From Pseudomonadota bacterium (GTDB taxonomy: Bacteria > Bdellovibrionota > FAC87 > UBA2466), in the NCBI GenBank assembly GCA_043718025.1, contig JAYSWN010000194.1, positions 1 through 47,708 of the forward strand: DNA of 47,708 nt. Direction: 5' to 3'. Of the stretch, positions 17,907 through 27,889 are shown piece by piece; position 1 is the stretch's first letter; the number at the start of each line of letters is the position of its first letter. The notes below the pieces were generated by a model that ran no database searches, was not told the DNA's origin, and was given only the letters and a program-made list of their open reading frames with translations. Made by a program: the position numbers and the translations under genes.

Positions 17907-19199
17907 GTGAATTGCTCAGCGCGCCATTTTAATTCTGCCGCCATCCTCTTTATAGTTATCGTGGTTTTTTTTCCGTGCCTAATGATGGCCGAAGAGGCAA
18001 AGACCAGCGAAGCCGTACCCCGAACCAATCGCAAAAAGAGCGGGGGCATGGGCAATGAAATAATCAGGGTGGGCGAGCAGGTGGCAAACCGAATCGACCG
18101 CATTGTAAAAAAGAAGACCTTCGAGTTGTGGGGTGACCCGTGGCAGATGCAGGGGCTGCCGCTTATCTTTCCGAGCAGCACCAGCGGTTTTAACCTAGGC
18201 CTAAAACTGGCGTTGCAAAACGTGATTCGTCAGGACCCGCATCAGTTGGAGCTTGAGGCGCAGATTCTCACCAGCGATCGCGGAAGGTATAAACACTTTT
18301 TTAGGTTCGACGCGCCGCACGCCTTTAAAGATCGCCTGCGGCTCACGTTTCGCTTTGGCTACGATCGCGACATTGCCTTGCCGTATTTCGGTCTGGGCAA
18401 CGAGACCTCGATCGACTGGAATGCCTATAATAACGACAATCCCCTCTACCAAAACGTTCGAGTGGGTCCGAGTGTGGATCTGCAGGCGCTTTACCGCTTC
18501 GCCGACTTTTGGCGCGTTGGTCCGGTGGTTCATCTACGCTGGACCGACGTCACGGCGCCAATCACGAGTTTGCTAACTACTGAACAGCCGGTTGGTACCA
18601 ACGGCGGGCGAACGCATGGCGTTGGCTTGGCATTGGTTCGCGATCAGTTGGATTGGGAGCCTTATCCCTCGCGCGGGAGTTACCATGAACTCATGTTTCT
18701 TACCCATGGGCCATTTACGGGCAGTAATTTCAATTTTAATCGGGGCACCTACACCTACAAGCGCTTCTTCTTAATCCATCGCCGACTAATTTTCGCTCAC
18801 CGCACGCTGTTCGAATTTCTAGATGGCGAGGTTCCTTTTTTCGAAATGAGTTCAGTGGGCGGCATTAGCCCGTCGCTGGCCTTCGGCGGCGAGCGGTTTC
18901 TGCGTGGATTTGAAGGGGCCCAATTTTTAGACAAAATTCGTGTCGCCATGGGCTTTGAGCTGCGTTGGGACCCTTTGTTTTTTGCCTTCGCCAAGCAGGA
19001 TATAACGATGGGTTTTGTGCCGTGGGTGGACTTGGCCCGGGTGTGGCCCAGTGTTTTTCCCCTGCGTTTGGGTGGCTGGCACGTGGCCGGGGGCTGGGGC
19101 GTTCGGCTGATCTGGAACAGCCGTCTGGTTATCCGCGGTGATCTTTCGTTTTCTTCCAACGGCATGGACTTCTTAGTGACCTTGGGCAATGCATTTTAA
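17907..19199 (+). CDS. Omp85/BamA-TamA family outer membrane barrel without an obvious POTRA domain
   Basis: YFGLGN, YPSRG, FLRGF, GWGVR and a C-terminal Phe. Confidence 0.8.
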   Translation: MNCSARHFNSAAILFIVIVVFFPCLMMAEEAKTSEAVPRTNRKKSGGMGNEIIRVGEQVANRIDRIVKKKTFELWGDPWQMQGLPLIFPSSTSGFNLGLKLALQNVIRQDPHQLELEAQILTSDRGRYKHFFRFDAPHAFKDRLRLTFRFGYDRDIALPYFGLGNETSIDWNAYNNDNPLYQNVRVGPSVDLQALYRFADFWRVGPVVHLRWTDVTAPITSLLTTEQPVGTNGGRTHGVGLALVRDQLDWEPYPSRGSYHELMFLTHGPFTGSNFNFNRGTYTYKRFFLIHRRLIFAHRTLFEFLDGEVPFFEMSSVGGISPSLAFGGERFLRGFEGAQFLDKIRVAMGFELRWDPLFFAFAKQDITMGFVPWVDLARVWPSVFPLRLGGWHVAGGWGVRLIWNSRLVIRGDLSFSSNGMDFLVTLGNAF

Positions 19200-19221
19200 C
19201 TCAATCAATGCAATGTCGTGC

Positions 19222-19264
19222 CTACTAAATAATTAGTAGACACCTACTAATTATTTAGTAGAAT
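19222..19264 (+). promoter_or_regulatory. twin palindromic operators over the sigma70-like promoter of blaI
   Basis: CTACTAA-N4-TTAGTAG at 19222-19239 and 19244-19261; -35 TAGACA 19237-19242, -10 TAGAAT 19259-19264. Confidence 0.85.
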
Positions 19265-19283
19265 GAAGTGATTGGGGGCATTT

Positions 19284-19673
19284 ATGACGAAGAAAAGCAC
19301 TCTGGCTAAACCGCTGACGCCGGTTGAGCTAGAGATCATGACGGTGGTTTGGACGCTGGGGGCTACGACCGTAAAAGAAGTTCAAAACGCGCTGCCAAAA
19401 GATCGCGGTCTGGCCTACACCACGGTGGCCACGATGATGAAGATTCTCGAAGGCAAGAAGATCGTAAAAAGTAAAAAGACCGACAAGGCCCACGTTTTTA
19501 CACCGCTGTTAACTCGCGAAGACTATGGCCAGGCTAGCCTTAAGGCTTTGGCCTGCGGTGTCTTTAAACAAAACCCCACCTGGCTGGTAAAACAGTTGCT
19601 CGAAAAAACGGACCTTAGCGAAGCCGAGCTAAAGGAGATTCGCCAATTGGTGAACGAAAGGCTTAGCGAATGA
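19284..19673 (+). CDS. BlaI/MecI/CopY family transcriptional repressor
   Basis: LTPVELEIMTVVW, LAYTTVATMMKILEGK and LSEAELKEIRQL. Confidence 0.92.
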   Translation: MTKKSTLAKPLTPVELEIMTVVWTLGATTVKEVQNALPKDRGLAYTTVATMMKILEGKKIVKSKKTDKAHVFTPLLTREDYGQASLKALACGVFKQNPTWLVKQLLEKTDLSEAELKEIRQLVNERLSE

Positions 19674-21259
19674 CGGCGCTCACTTTTCTCTCAAAATTTC
19701 TGCAGGCCAACCTGTTGATTGCCCTGGGCGCCACGGTGGCCTTGAGTTTTTCAGCGGTCAACGGCAAACGGCGAGGCCTTTCGTTTCGTAGCGAGCTTGG
19801 GCTTCATTACGGTTTGATCGCTTGGCTTCTGGCCACCTTTTTTATTTCCGCCTGGCTTCCGCGCAGTCAACCCTGGCTACCGAAGGCTCAAGTTTGGGCC
19901 GCGGCTACGTCTACAGACTGGACAGGGGAAAAAGTACCTACCGCCAATCAGCTCGTGGTTTCGGTGGACGAGCACGCTTCATGGCGAGCACCGAATGAAG
20001 CTCCACGCCTAATTTTTGGTTTGATCGCGGCGGTATTAATTTGGGGCCTGCTGATGCTCTTACGCGATAGCTGGCGAATGTTTGTTTTGCGACAAAACAG
20101 TGTGTCCATACGTCATATAGGGCGATTACGAATTCTGGCGGTGGGTGGCGGGGGCAGTCCGTTTTCATTTTCTGATCTTTTTGGCTCCTGGATTGTGCTG
20201 CCCGAAACCATTTTGAGTGACCACGCCTTAAGGAGGGTTTCACTACTTCACGAATTTCAGCACCTGCGTCATCACGACACCGTGGCGGTTTACGGTCTGG
20301 CATTTTTGCGTTGGGTGTTTTTTCTCAATCCGTTCTTTGCCATATGGCACCGACGGATTTTGGAGCTGCAAGAGTTTGCTTGTGACGAAACCCTGGTTGA
20401 CCAACGAGGCGTTTCGGCAAAGGCAATGGGTGGCTGCCTGTTAAGGGTGGCCGAATTGAGTGTGCCTGGAATCCATAGTCCGGTCTGCGCAACCGGAATG
20501 TGCTTTTCAGGCCGCTCTTCTTTAAAAAGGAGAATCATCAAAATGTCGAAAATTGATAAAAGGCAGTTTAACCGGCTTGGGCTGTGGTTTGGCTCGGCGC
20601 TGGCGTTAGTCCTGGGGGGAGCCACGGCGTGGGCCTCGCAGGAATTGGTGCAGGATCGCCGAATCACTCTCGAAGAGGCGCAAGGATTAAAGCGCTTCTC
20701 CGAAAGTGATTTTCCCTTGGCGATTAATGAGCTGGTAGTGAAAGAGCTTAATGTTTACGTGGGCACGCCCGACGGACGAAAGTTTGTGCGCGAGAGCCTT
20801 ATTCGCATGCGCACATTCAAGAAACCGGTGCTCGATAAAATGGAAACCTATTCGGCGCCGATGGATTTATTGGCGGTGCCGTTGGTTGAATCGGGTTTTC
20901 AAAACCTAACTCAAGAAAACAACCCGGTGAAAGGGGCCGGGCTGTGGCAGTTTATTCCCACCACGGCGCGCAACTACGGGTTAAAGGTAAACCCTCAGGA
21001 AGATCAGCGGCTGGATGTTGAGCTGGAAACCGACGCGGCGATGCGCTACCTGCTGTCGAATCGCTTACGTTTCAAAAGCTGGGAATTGGCGCTCTTGGCC
21101 TATAACTCGGGCGAAGGGGCCGTGCAAAAAGCCATTGATAAATTCAAGACCCGCGATGCGTGGGAGCTGGCCCGAAAGGGAGCGGAAGTGTATCCGCGGT
21201 ACCTGGCCAAAGTGGTAGCGGTGGCGTTGATTCTCAGAAACCAAAATCTGGTGGATTGA
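19670..21259 (+). CDS. BlaR1-type M56 metallopeptidase fused to an SLT/MltD-like lytic transglycosylase
   Basis: HEFQH, QEFACD and LKRRI; C-terminal VESGF, AGLWQFIPTTA and AYNSGEG. ATGA overlap with blaI. Confidence 0.9.
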   Translation: MTALTFLSKFLQANLLIALGATVALSFSAVNGKRRGLSFRSELGLHYGLIAWLLATFFISAWLPRSQPWLPKAQVWAAATSTDWTGEKVPTANQLVVSVDEHASWRAPNEAPRLIFGLIAAVLIWGLLMLLRDSWRMFVLRQNSVSIRHIGRLRILAVGGGGSPFSFSDLFGSWIVLPETILSDHALRRVSLLHEFQHLRHHDTVAVYGLAFLRWVFFLNPFFAIWHRRILELQEFACDETLVDQRGVSAKAMGGCLLRVAELSVPGIHSPVCATGMCFSGRSSLKRRIIKMSKIDKRQFNRLGLWFGSALALVLGGATAWASQELVQDRRITLEEAQGLKRFSESDFPLAINELVVKELNVYVGTPDGRKFVRESLIRMRTFKKPVLDKMETYSAPMDLLAVPLVESGFQNLTQENNPVKGAGLWQFIPTTARNYGLKVNPQEDQRLDVELETDAAMRYLLSNRLRFKSWELALLAYNSGEGAVQKAIDKFKTRDAWELARKGAEVYPRYLAKVVAVALILRNQNLVD

Positions 21260-21285
21260 GAACGCCGCGGTTATTGCGCAGCCCG

Positions 21286-21344
21286 AGGCCGAAGCAACCC
21301 TCTCTCGCCTTTTGGTAGTCGAGCGGCAAAAGTTGCTTCGGCCT
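21286..21344. terminator. inverted repeat between convergent genes, possible terminator
   Basis: AGGCCGAAGCAAC (21286-21298) and GTTGCTTCGGCCT (21332-21344). Confidence 0.5.
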
Positions 21345-22416
21345 ATTCAGCGCGAACGATTATGCTGTTTAAATTGAAGGTTCCGCATTGAGTACCATTG
21401 CCAAAACCGCTGGTTCTAAAGCTGACTAATAGGTTGCCGTCCGCTTGCAGAAAGTCAGAGAGGCTCCCTCCTCCTGAGCTACTGACCGAGTATCCTTGGC
21501 CGCCGGACAACGAGTTTGGTATCCCTACAATCCAGCTAAATCCTGTCCGTTTAAAGGCCCTAATTTGAAACGCGGGGCCCAAATTTGAAAGGTATGTACA
21601 GAGACCTTCGCCGTCTTCCGGGGTAATGCCAGACTTTCCGTAGGCTTCCACTTTAAGGGAGTTGTAAGCGTTTAGATTGGCCGGCGGGGTAAAAATGCCG
21701 TCCAATCGCATGTGATTTATTCCAAGCCCGGTTGAATTCAGCTCATGCGCTCCGATCAGGCTCGAAATTTCCGACATCGTAGATCCGGTCACATTCACCG
21801 GAGGAATTCCGGCTTCCCCAAAAGTAAAGGAGAGGGAAGAGCTACCTGAAACTCCCGAGAAGCCTAAGTACGCACTTTTCAGCGTAAAATCTCCAGGGGC
21901 GGGGGCAGGGCACGCCTGCAACCTGTCACCGCTGTTGGAATCGAATTCAGAGGTGAGTGACACTTTTCCAGAGGCGGTATCGGCCGTACCCCGGGCAACA
22001 AAGTACTCGGCCGGAATGGTTGCCTGATTAAACAAAGCCGCCAAAGTGGTTTGGCCGGAGGGCGGAGTGTCAAACCCGACGATGGTAAACCGAAAAGTGC
22101 CGGTGGGTAGGTTGATTGAAAAACCGCTTTCGGTTAGTTGCTTATAGCTGACGGGATAAGTCACCTGCCCATCGAGATAAAGGCATTGTACATTTCGCCC
22201 TTTTACGGTGGCCGAATCGACCGTAGGCGCCACATTCCCCGTGGCAATCACCGCAAAACTAAAATTACTCAATTCGGGCGGTCTAGAAGGGAGGCCATTT
22301 AGGCTATCAGAGTTAGCAAGGTGGATTCGAAGCGCAGGCCGGAAGGTGTTTAAGCTGCAGCGAGCTAAAAAAAATCCGGTGCTACTGACTAAGAACAGGA
22401 CAACCCAGGCCTTCAT
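21343..22416 (-). CDS. lipoprotein sharing its N-terminal domain with the RCC1 protein; Ser/Gly-rich beta C-terminal domain
   Basis: Signal MKAWVV...LAR-CSLNTFRP. Confidence 0.75.
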   Translation of the reverse strand: MKAWVVLFLVSSTGFFLARCSLNTFRPALRIHLANSDSLNGLPSRPPELSNFSFAVIATGNVAPTVDSATVKGRNVQCLYLDGQVTYPVSYKQLTESGFSINLPTGTFRFTIVGFDTPPSGQTTLAALFNQATIPAEYFVARGTADTASGKVSLTSEFDSNSGDRLQACPAPAPGDFTLKSAYLGFSGVSGSSSLSFTFGEAGIPPVNVTGSTMSEISSLIGAHELNSTGLGINHMRLDGIFTPPANLNAYNSLKVEAYGKSGITPEDGEGLCTYLSNLGPAFQIRAFKRTGFSWIVGIPNSLSGGQGYSVSSSGGGSLSDFLQADGNLLVSFRTSGFGNGTQCGTFNLNSIIVRAE

Positions 22417-22459
22417 CGCGAAAGCGTACCACTGCCATCTCATTTCGGCAGCGGTAAAC

Positions 22460-23641
22460 TCAACCCGCTTTTACAAAGGCTTCGATGCGATCAAATGCCT
22501 TTTCTAAATTGGTCATGCTGGTCGCATAACTTAAACGAATTGAGTTTTCTTTTCCAAACGTCGAACCCGGTACTAAGCCAACGTACTGTTTGGTCAGCAG
22601 CGCCTTGCAGAATTCAATGTCGGTCATACTGCGCTCAGTAAGCCAGGGCGCAAAATTTACGTAAAAGTAAAAGGCACCGGTAGGGCGCACGTAGCGACAG
22701 GCACCCTTTAACTTATCTAAACGCTCCATCACATAGCGACGGCGTTTATCAAATTCAGCTACCATCGTGGTTACGGTGGTATCAGGCATCTTGGCGGCGG
22801 TTAAGGCGGCCCATTGAACAAAGGAGGTGACGTGACTATTGCACTGGCTCTGCAAGGCACTCATACGCTTCACCAGCTCTTTGTCGCCGATAGACCAGCC
22901 TAGCCGCCATCCGGTCATGGCATGGCTTTTGGAAAAACCGCTGATGGTGACGGTGTGCTGCGCAATCTCCGGCCCCAGGGCCGCTACGCTGACGTGCTCG
23001 GCGCCGTCATACAAAATCTTTTCGTAAATCTCATCCGACATGATCCAAAGATTGCGCTGCATCGCCCAGCCAACGACGCGGGTCAACTCTTCGCGGGTAT
23101 AAGTTACGCCGGTTGGATTATTGGGAGAATTGATGAACATGCCCGTAGCGTTAGGGGGCAGCGATAGGTTTTTCCACCGTTCAACATTGGGTCGGTATCC
23201 ATCTTCTTCAAAAAGCGGCAACGGGTAAATTTTTGCGCCGCAGAGCTCGATCATCGGTCCGTAGCTAACCCACGCGGGAGTAGGCACTAAGATTACGTCG
23301 CCCGGATCAACCATCGTTTGCAACATTAGGTAGATGGCGTGCTTGGCGCCGCAGGTGATCAACACCTCTTCGGCCGAAACCTTAAAACCATTTTCGCGGG
23401 TGACTTTATCGGCCACGGCTTCACGTAGCGCTAAAAAACCTGGTGCTGGCGTGTATTTGGTAATGCCGTCGGCCATGGCTTTGGTGGCCGCCTGCTGAAT
23501 GGCCTCCGGGGTATTAAAGTCAGGCTCGCCGGCGGCGAGTGAAATAACGTCGTGCCCTTTGGCTTTAAGATCGGCCGCTTGGGCTGAGATCTCCATAATT
23601 GAAGATGACTTTAATGCCTGTACTCTCTGCGCGAACTTCAT
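22460..23641 (-). CDS. PLP-dependent class I/II (aspartate) aminotransferase
   Basis: GEPDF, NSPNNPTG, SDEIY and SKSHAMTGWRLG. Confidence 0.93.
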   Translation of the reverse strand: MKFAQRVQALKSSSIMEISAQAADLKAKGHDVISLAAGEPDFNTPEAIQQAATKAMADGITKYTPAPGFLALREAVADKVTRENGFKVSAEEVLITCGAKHAIYLMLQTMVDPGDVILVPTPAWVSYGPMIELCGAKIYPLPLFEEDGYRPNVERWKNLSLPPNATGMFINSPNNPTGVTYTREELTRVVGWAMQRNLWIMSDEIYEKILYDGAEHVSVAALGPEIAQHTVTISGFSKSHAMTGWRLGWSIGDKELVKRMSALQSQCNSHVTSFVQWAALTAAKMPDTTVTTMVAEFDKRRRYVMERLDKLKGACRYVRPTGAFYFYVNFAPWLTERSMTDIEFCKALLTKQYVGLVPGSTFGKENSIRLSYATSMTNLEKAFDRIEAFVKAG

Positions 23642-23645
23642 GCGT

Positions 23646-24161
23646 TTACCCTTTGATTTTAAATTTTTTGCGGAGCGCGGCCTCAACGTGGGTGGGCACC
23701 AGCTCAGCTACGTCACCGCCATGGGCGATCACTTCTTTTACAACCGAGGAATTTACAAAAATAAAATTTTCAGACGCCATCAAAAAAAAGGTTTGCAGCT
23801 CCGGTAGCATGCGGCGGTTCATGGTGGCCATTTGAAACTCATACTCAAAATCAGAAACGGCGCGTAGCCCGCGGATCATGGAATAGATTTTAGCCTGCTT
23901 GGCGTAGTTCACCAGAAGACCTTCGTAGATTTCTACGGATACTCGAGGGTTATTTTTAAAGCAGCCCTCGACGAGTTTTTTTCGCTCTTCGGCTAAAAAC
24001 AGGGGCGTCTTTTTTCCAGTGTGCGCCACGAGTACGATAAGTTCATCGAATACGGCGAGAGATCGTTCAATTAAGTCGACGTGACCCCGGGTGATGGGAT
24101 CAAACGTGCCCGGATAGATAGCGCGCTTCAGAGTTTTTTCGTTTTGAGACTTCTTAGCCAT
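23646..24161 (-). CDS. coaD: pantetheine-phosphate adenylyltransferase
   Basis: YPGTFDPITRGH and RGLRAVSDFEYE. Confidence 0.97.
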   Translation of the reverse strand: MAKKSQNEKTLKRAIYPGTFDPITRGHVDLIERSLAVFDELIVLVAHTGKKTPLFLAEERKKLVEGCFKNNPRVSVEIYEGLLVNYAKQAKIYSMIRGLRAVSDFEYEFQMATMNRRMLPELQTFFLMASENFIFVNSSVVKEVIAHGGDVAELVPTHVEAALRKKFKIKG

Positions 24162-24732
24162 CCACTTGCTTTACGGCGAAATCGGCTTCTCCCCTAAAGA
24201 AAAACAGATGGGATTCGCCAAACGCTTTTTCTTTCCAAATTGGGTAGCCGGGAAAACGAGCCGACAGTACCACCCGGCTCGGATGTTTCACAAGCAAAAT
24301 ACCGTCAGAATCAGCCAGCTTAATCATGCCTTGAGTCAATGAATTTACTTGGTTTTCTTCCTGCCAAAAAGGGAAGGGTGGGTCGCAAAAAATGAGATCA
24401 AACTTGGCGTCTTTAGGCGCTTTTTCTAAGTACGAAAAAACGTCGCCGGTATGCACCAGAGCATCGGCGCCTTTAGGTAAATTTTTGCCGAGCAATCGGG
24501 CGGCCTCTTTGTCTTTTTCTACAAACCGTACGAGCAGGGCGCCTTCGGCCAAAGCCGAAAGGCCAAATCGACCTTGTCCCGCGAATAGATCTAAAACTTT
24601 GGCGCCGTAAAGGTAGGGGCGCAAAATATCGATGGCGCTCTTTAGGGCGCGCCCACCCACCGGCCGCACTTCGCTTTTTGTTTCATTGGCAGCTGGTTTT
24701 GGGGGCGAAGGAGTGCGGCGTTTGGTGCTCAT
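24154..24732 (-). CDS. rsmD: RsmD family RNA methyltransferase
   Basis: LDLFAGQG and FCDPPF; typical position upstream of coaD. Confidence 0.85.
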   Translation of the reverse strand: MSTKRRTPSPPKPAANETKSEVRPVGGRALKSAIDILRPYLYGAKVLDLFAGQGRFGLSALAEGALLVRFVEKDKEAARLLGKNLPKGADALVHTGDVFSYLEKAPKDAKFDLIFCDPPFPFWQEENQVNSLTQGMIKLADSDGILLVKHPSRVVLSARFPGYPIWKEKAFGESHLFFFRGEADFAVKQVDG

Positions 24733-25316
24733 GAAGTTCGTTTTACCTTCAGGGGAAGGCCCGACACAAACACCCGGCCGCCGTCGGAGGCCACCTTCCA
24801 CTGAAAGCCAACTATGGCGTTGGCGCCTTGGGCTTCGGCTCGCTTCTTGAGTAATAAAAAGGCTTCTTTAAGGGGGTCTTGCGCGCCCGAATCAATGGTG
24901 GCCTGAACCGATACCGGCATCAAATACGCTTCGGTTCGGTAGCCTTCTAAATGAGGGGCCGAAGAGAATACAAAGTTGTCGTCATTCGTCGCATTCAAAA
25001 TCTGCGCCGATAAACCCGTGTCGGGCATGCCCATCGCTAACTCACCGGCTCCGGCACTCAAGTCAGAAAAGCCCGAGTCTTTGACCTTGGCTTCAGGGAT
25101 CGACTCTTTCATAGTCTCCCCAAAACTTTGAATGTCTTTAAAGGCGTTTTGGCTCTCTTGAAAAGAGTCGCTCACCGCGTCAGTGATATCGCCGGAGTGA
25201 TCAGCAGATTCTAAACCCATAAACGGGTTAAAGCGCGACCCGCAGGCGCACTGCACTTCGAATAGAAAATCTTCGTGGGTAATCAGCTTTTGGCACTTAG
25301 GACATTTGGAATCCAT
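24729..25316 (-). CDS. zinc-ribbon plus YbjQ-like domain hypothetical protein
   Basis: CPKC...CACG at the N-terminus; C-terminal AEAQGANAIVG. Confidence 0.65.
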   Translation of the reverse strand: MDSKCPKCQKLITHEDFLFEVQCACGSRFNPFMGLESADHSGDITDAVSDSFQESQNAFKDIQSFGETMKESIPEAKVKDSGFSDLSAGAGELAMGMPDTGLSAQILNATNDDNFVFSSAPHLEGYRTEAYLMPVSVQATIDSGAQDPLKEAFLLLKKRAEAQGANAIVGFQWKVASDGGRVFVSGLPLKVKRTS

Positions 25317-25322
25317 AGGGCG

Positions 25323-27848
25323 TTAGTCTTTTCCGTGGCATTTTTTGTATTTCTGTCCGCTACCGCAAGGGCAAGGATCGTTCCTGCCCACCTTTTCGTC
25401 AACGCGCACTGGCTCACGTGAAACGGCAGACTCATCGCCGTGGAAGAAATTCATCTGCTGCTCTTTAGGCTGCAGCTCTTCCACTTGTTCTTCGCGCGTA
25501 ATCTGCACGCGGAAGAGTTTCGTCGTGACGTCGCTCTTTACCTGCTCGTCCATCAGTTTAAAGAGGGTAAACCCCTCTTTTTTGTATTCAACCAAGGGGT
25601 CTTTTTGCCCGTAACCACGAAGGCCAATGCCCTCTTTCAAATGGTCAATATTCAAAAGGTGGTCTTTCCACAGGGCGTCAATTGCGCCAATGTAAACGTA
25701 CTGTTCGAGCTGCCGCATCACCTCAGCCCCCATCGAATTTTCGCGGTCTTCGTACAGGGCCGACGCACTAGCCACCAAAATATCGTCGAGTGTTTTTTTG
25801 GTGCCCGCTTTATCAAAAAAGCCGGGATCAAGCGTGCCCAAAGCGTTGTCGAATAAAAACACCATGGTGTCGCTCATGGCTTTGTGGTCCCACTCTGAAG
25901 GGCGCGGGGCGGAAGCAAAATTGGCGGTAAGCCCTTCGATCTGCTCACGAATGATATCTAGAATTAGATCTTTGGTATTTTCGCCACCTAAGATTAGCTT
26001 GCGCATTTCATAAATCACTTCGCGCTGTTTGTTCAGCACGTCGTCGTACTCAAGCAAGTGTTTACGAATGTCGTAGTTATGGGCTTCAACTTTTTTCTGA
26101 GCGTTGGCGATGGCACGGTTAATCAGCTTGGAGACGATTGGTTCGTCTTCGGGCATGTTGAACTTGTCCATGTAAGATTTAATGCGCTCGCCCTGAAAAA
26201 TGCGCAGCAAGTCGTCTTCAAGCGATAAATAGAACTGAGACGCCCCAGGATCGCCCTGACGGCCGGCACGACCGCGTAGCTGATTGTCGATACGACGCGA
26301 CTCATGCCGCTCGGTACCGATAATGCAGAGGCCCCCGTTAGCGGCCACTCCAGGTCCTAGGACGATGTCGGTTCCACGGCCCGCCATGTTGGTGGCAATG
26401 GTCACCGCACCAGCCTGACCAGCATTGGCCACAATCTCGGCCTCTCGTTCGTGCTGCTTGGCATTTAAAACGTTGTGGGCAATTCCCTTCTTCTTAAGGA
26501 GACCGCTTAGCAATTCAGATTTTTCAATCGAGATGGTTCCCACCAGAACCGGCTGCCCTTTTTCGTGCAGCTCTTTGATGTGGTTGCATACGGCTTCGTA
26601 TTTACCCTTTACCGTCTTATAGACGACATCATCTTGATCAAGGCGAATCATGTCTCGGTTGGTCGGCACCATTCTGACTTCAAGCTTATAAATATTATTG
26701 AATTCTGACGCTTCGGTGTCGGCGGTACCGGTCATGCCCGCCAATTTTTTATACATGCGAAAGTAGTTTTGAAAGGTGATGGTCGCCAGCGTCTGGTTTT
26801 CGTTTTCAATCACCACGCCTTCTTTAGCTTCAATCGCCTGATGGAGGCCGTCGCTCCAGCGGCGGCCCGGCATCAACCGACCCGTGAATTCATCGACGAT
26901 GATCACTTCACCCTCTTTGACCACGTAATCGACGTCGACGTGGTACATCGCGTGGGCGCGTAGCGCTTGGTGCACATGGTGCACGAGCTCAATATTTTCT
27001 GGTTCGTAAAGATTTTTTACGCGGAGCGCTTTTTCAACCTGATTCACGCCCTCTTCGGTCAGCGCGGCGGTTTTCGACTTTTCGTCGATGGTAAAATGCG
27101 TCTCTTTTTGTAGCTGCGGAATGATCGCATTGATTTGGTAATACTTTTCGGAAGAGTCGTCGGTCGGGCCGCTGATGATGAGCGGGGTGCGGGCTTCGTC
27201 GATCAAGATGGAGTCAACTTCATCGACGATCGCAAAGTTTTGTTCGCGCTGCACATAATCTTGCAGGCGAAACTTCATGTTGTCGCGCAGGTAATCAAAG
27301 CCGTATTCGTTATTCGTGCCGTAAGTGATGTCGGCGCCGTAATTGGTGCGGCGTTCGTCGTCATTTAGCCCATGAACGATAATTCCCACCGTAAGGCCCA
27401 GCGCTTTATAGAGCTGGCCCATCCATTCGCTATCGCGTTTGGCCAAGTAATCATTCACCGTCACCACGTGCACCCCTTTGCCTTCGAGGGCATTTAGGTA
27501 GCAGGGCAGAGTGGCAACCAAGGTTTTTCCTTCTCCGGTCTTCATTTCTGCGACGCGGCCTTGGTGCAAAATCATGCCGCCGATAAGCTGCACGTCGAAA
27601 TGGCGCATATTGAGAACTCGGCGCGACATTTCTCTACAAACGGCAAAGGCTTCGGGAAGAATATCATTGAGGGTCGCGCCTTTAGCTAGCTGCTCTTTAA
27701 ATTCAATAGTTTTGGCGGCGAGTTGTTCTTGGGTAAGCGCCTGCATGCCAGCTTCTAACGAATTGATCTTGGCAACGATGGGACGAAGTCGCTTAATTTC
27801 GCGGTCGTTGCCGCTGCCGAATATTTTTTTAGCTATGTCCTGAATCAT
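25323..27848 (-). CDS. secA: preprotein translocase subunit SecA
   Basis: [41 protein letters not shown] and SEC-C motif [13 protein letters not shown]. Confidence 0.99.
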   Translation of the reverse strand: MIQDIAKKIFGSGNDREIKRLRPIVAKINSLEAGMQALTQEQLAAKTIEFKEQLAKGATLNDILPEAFAVCREMSRRVLNMRHFDVQLIGGMILHQGRVAEMKTGEGKTLVATLPCYLNALEGKGVHVVTVNDYLAKRDSEWMGQLYKALGLTVGIIVHGLNDDERRTNYGADITYGTNNEYGFDYLRDNMKFRLQDYVQREQNFAIVDEVDSILIDEARTPLIISGPTDDSSEKYYQINAIIPQLQKETHFTIDEKSKTAALTEEGVNQVEKALRVKNLYEPENIELVHHVHQALRAHAMYHVDVDYVVKEGEVIIVDEFTGRLMPGRRWSDGLHQAIEAKEGVVIENENQTLATITFQNYFRMYKKLAGMTGTADTEASEFNNIYKLEVRMVPTNRDMIRLDQDDVVYKTVKGKYEAVCNHIKELHEKGQPVLVGTISIEKSELLSGLLKKKGIAHNVLNAKQHEREAEIVANAGQAGAVTIATNMAGRGTDIVLGPGVAANGGLCIIGTERHESRRIDNQLRGRAGRQGDPGASQFYLSLEDDLLRIFQGERIKSYMDKFNMPEDEPIVSKLINRAIANAQKKVEAHNYDIRKHLLEYDDVLNKQREVIYEMRKLILGGENTKDLILDIIREQIEGLTANFASAPRPSEWDHKAMSDTMVFLFDNALGTLDPGFFDKAGTKKTLDDILVASASALYEDRENSMGAEVMRQLEQYVYIGAIDALWKDHLLNIDHLKEGIGLRGYGQKDPLVEYKKEGFTLFKLMDEQVKSDVTTKLFRVQITREEQVEELQPKEQQMNFFHGDESAVSREPVRVDEKVGRNDPCPCGSGQKYKKCHGKD

Positions 27849-27889
27849 AACGCAGGACTATATCAGGAAATAGGCAGAAGGCAGCTGTT

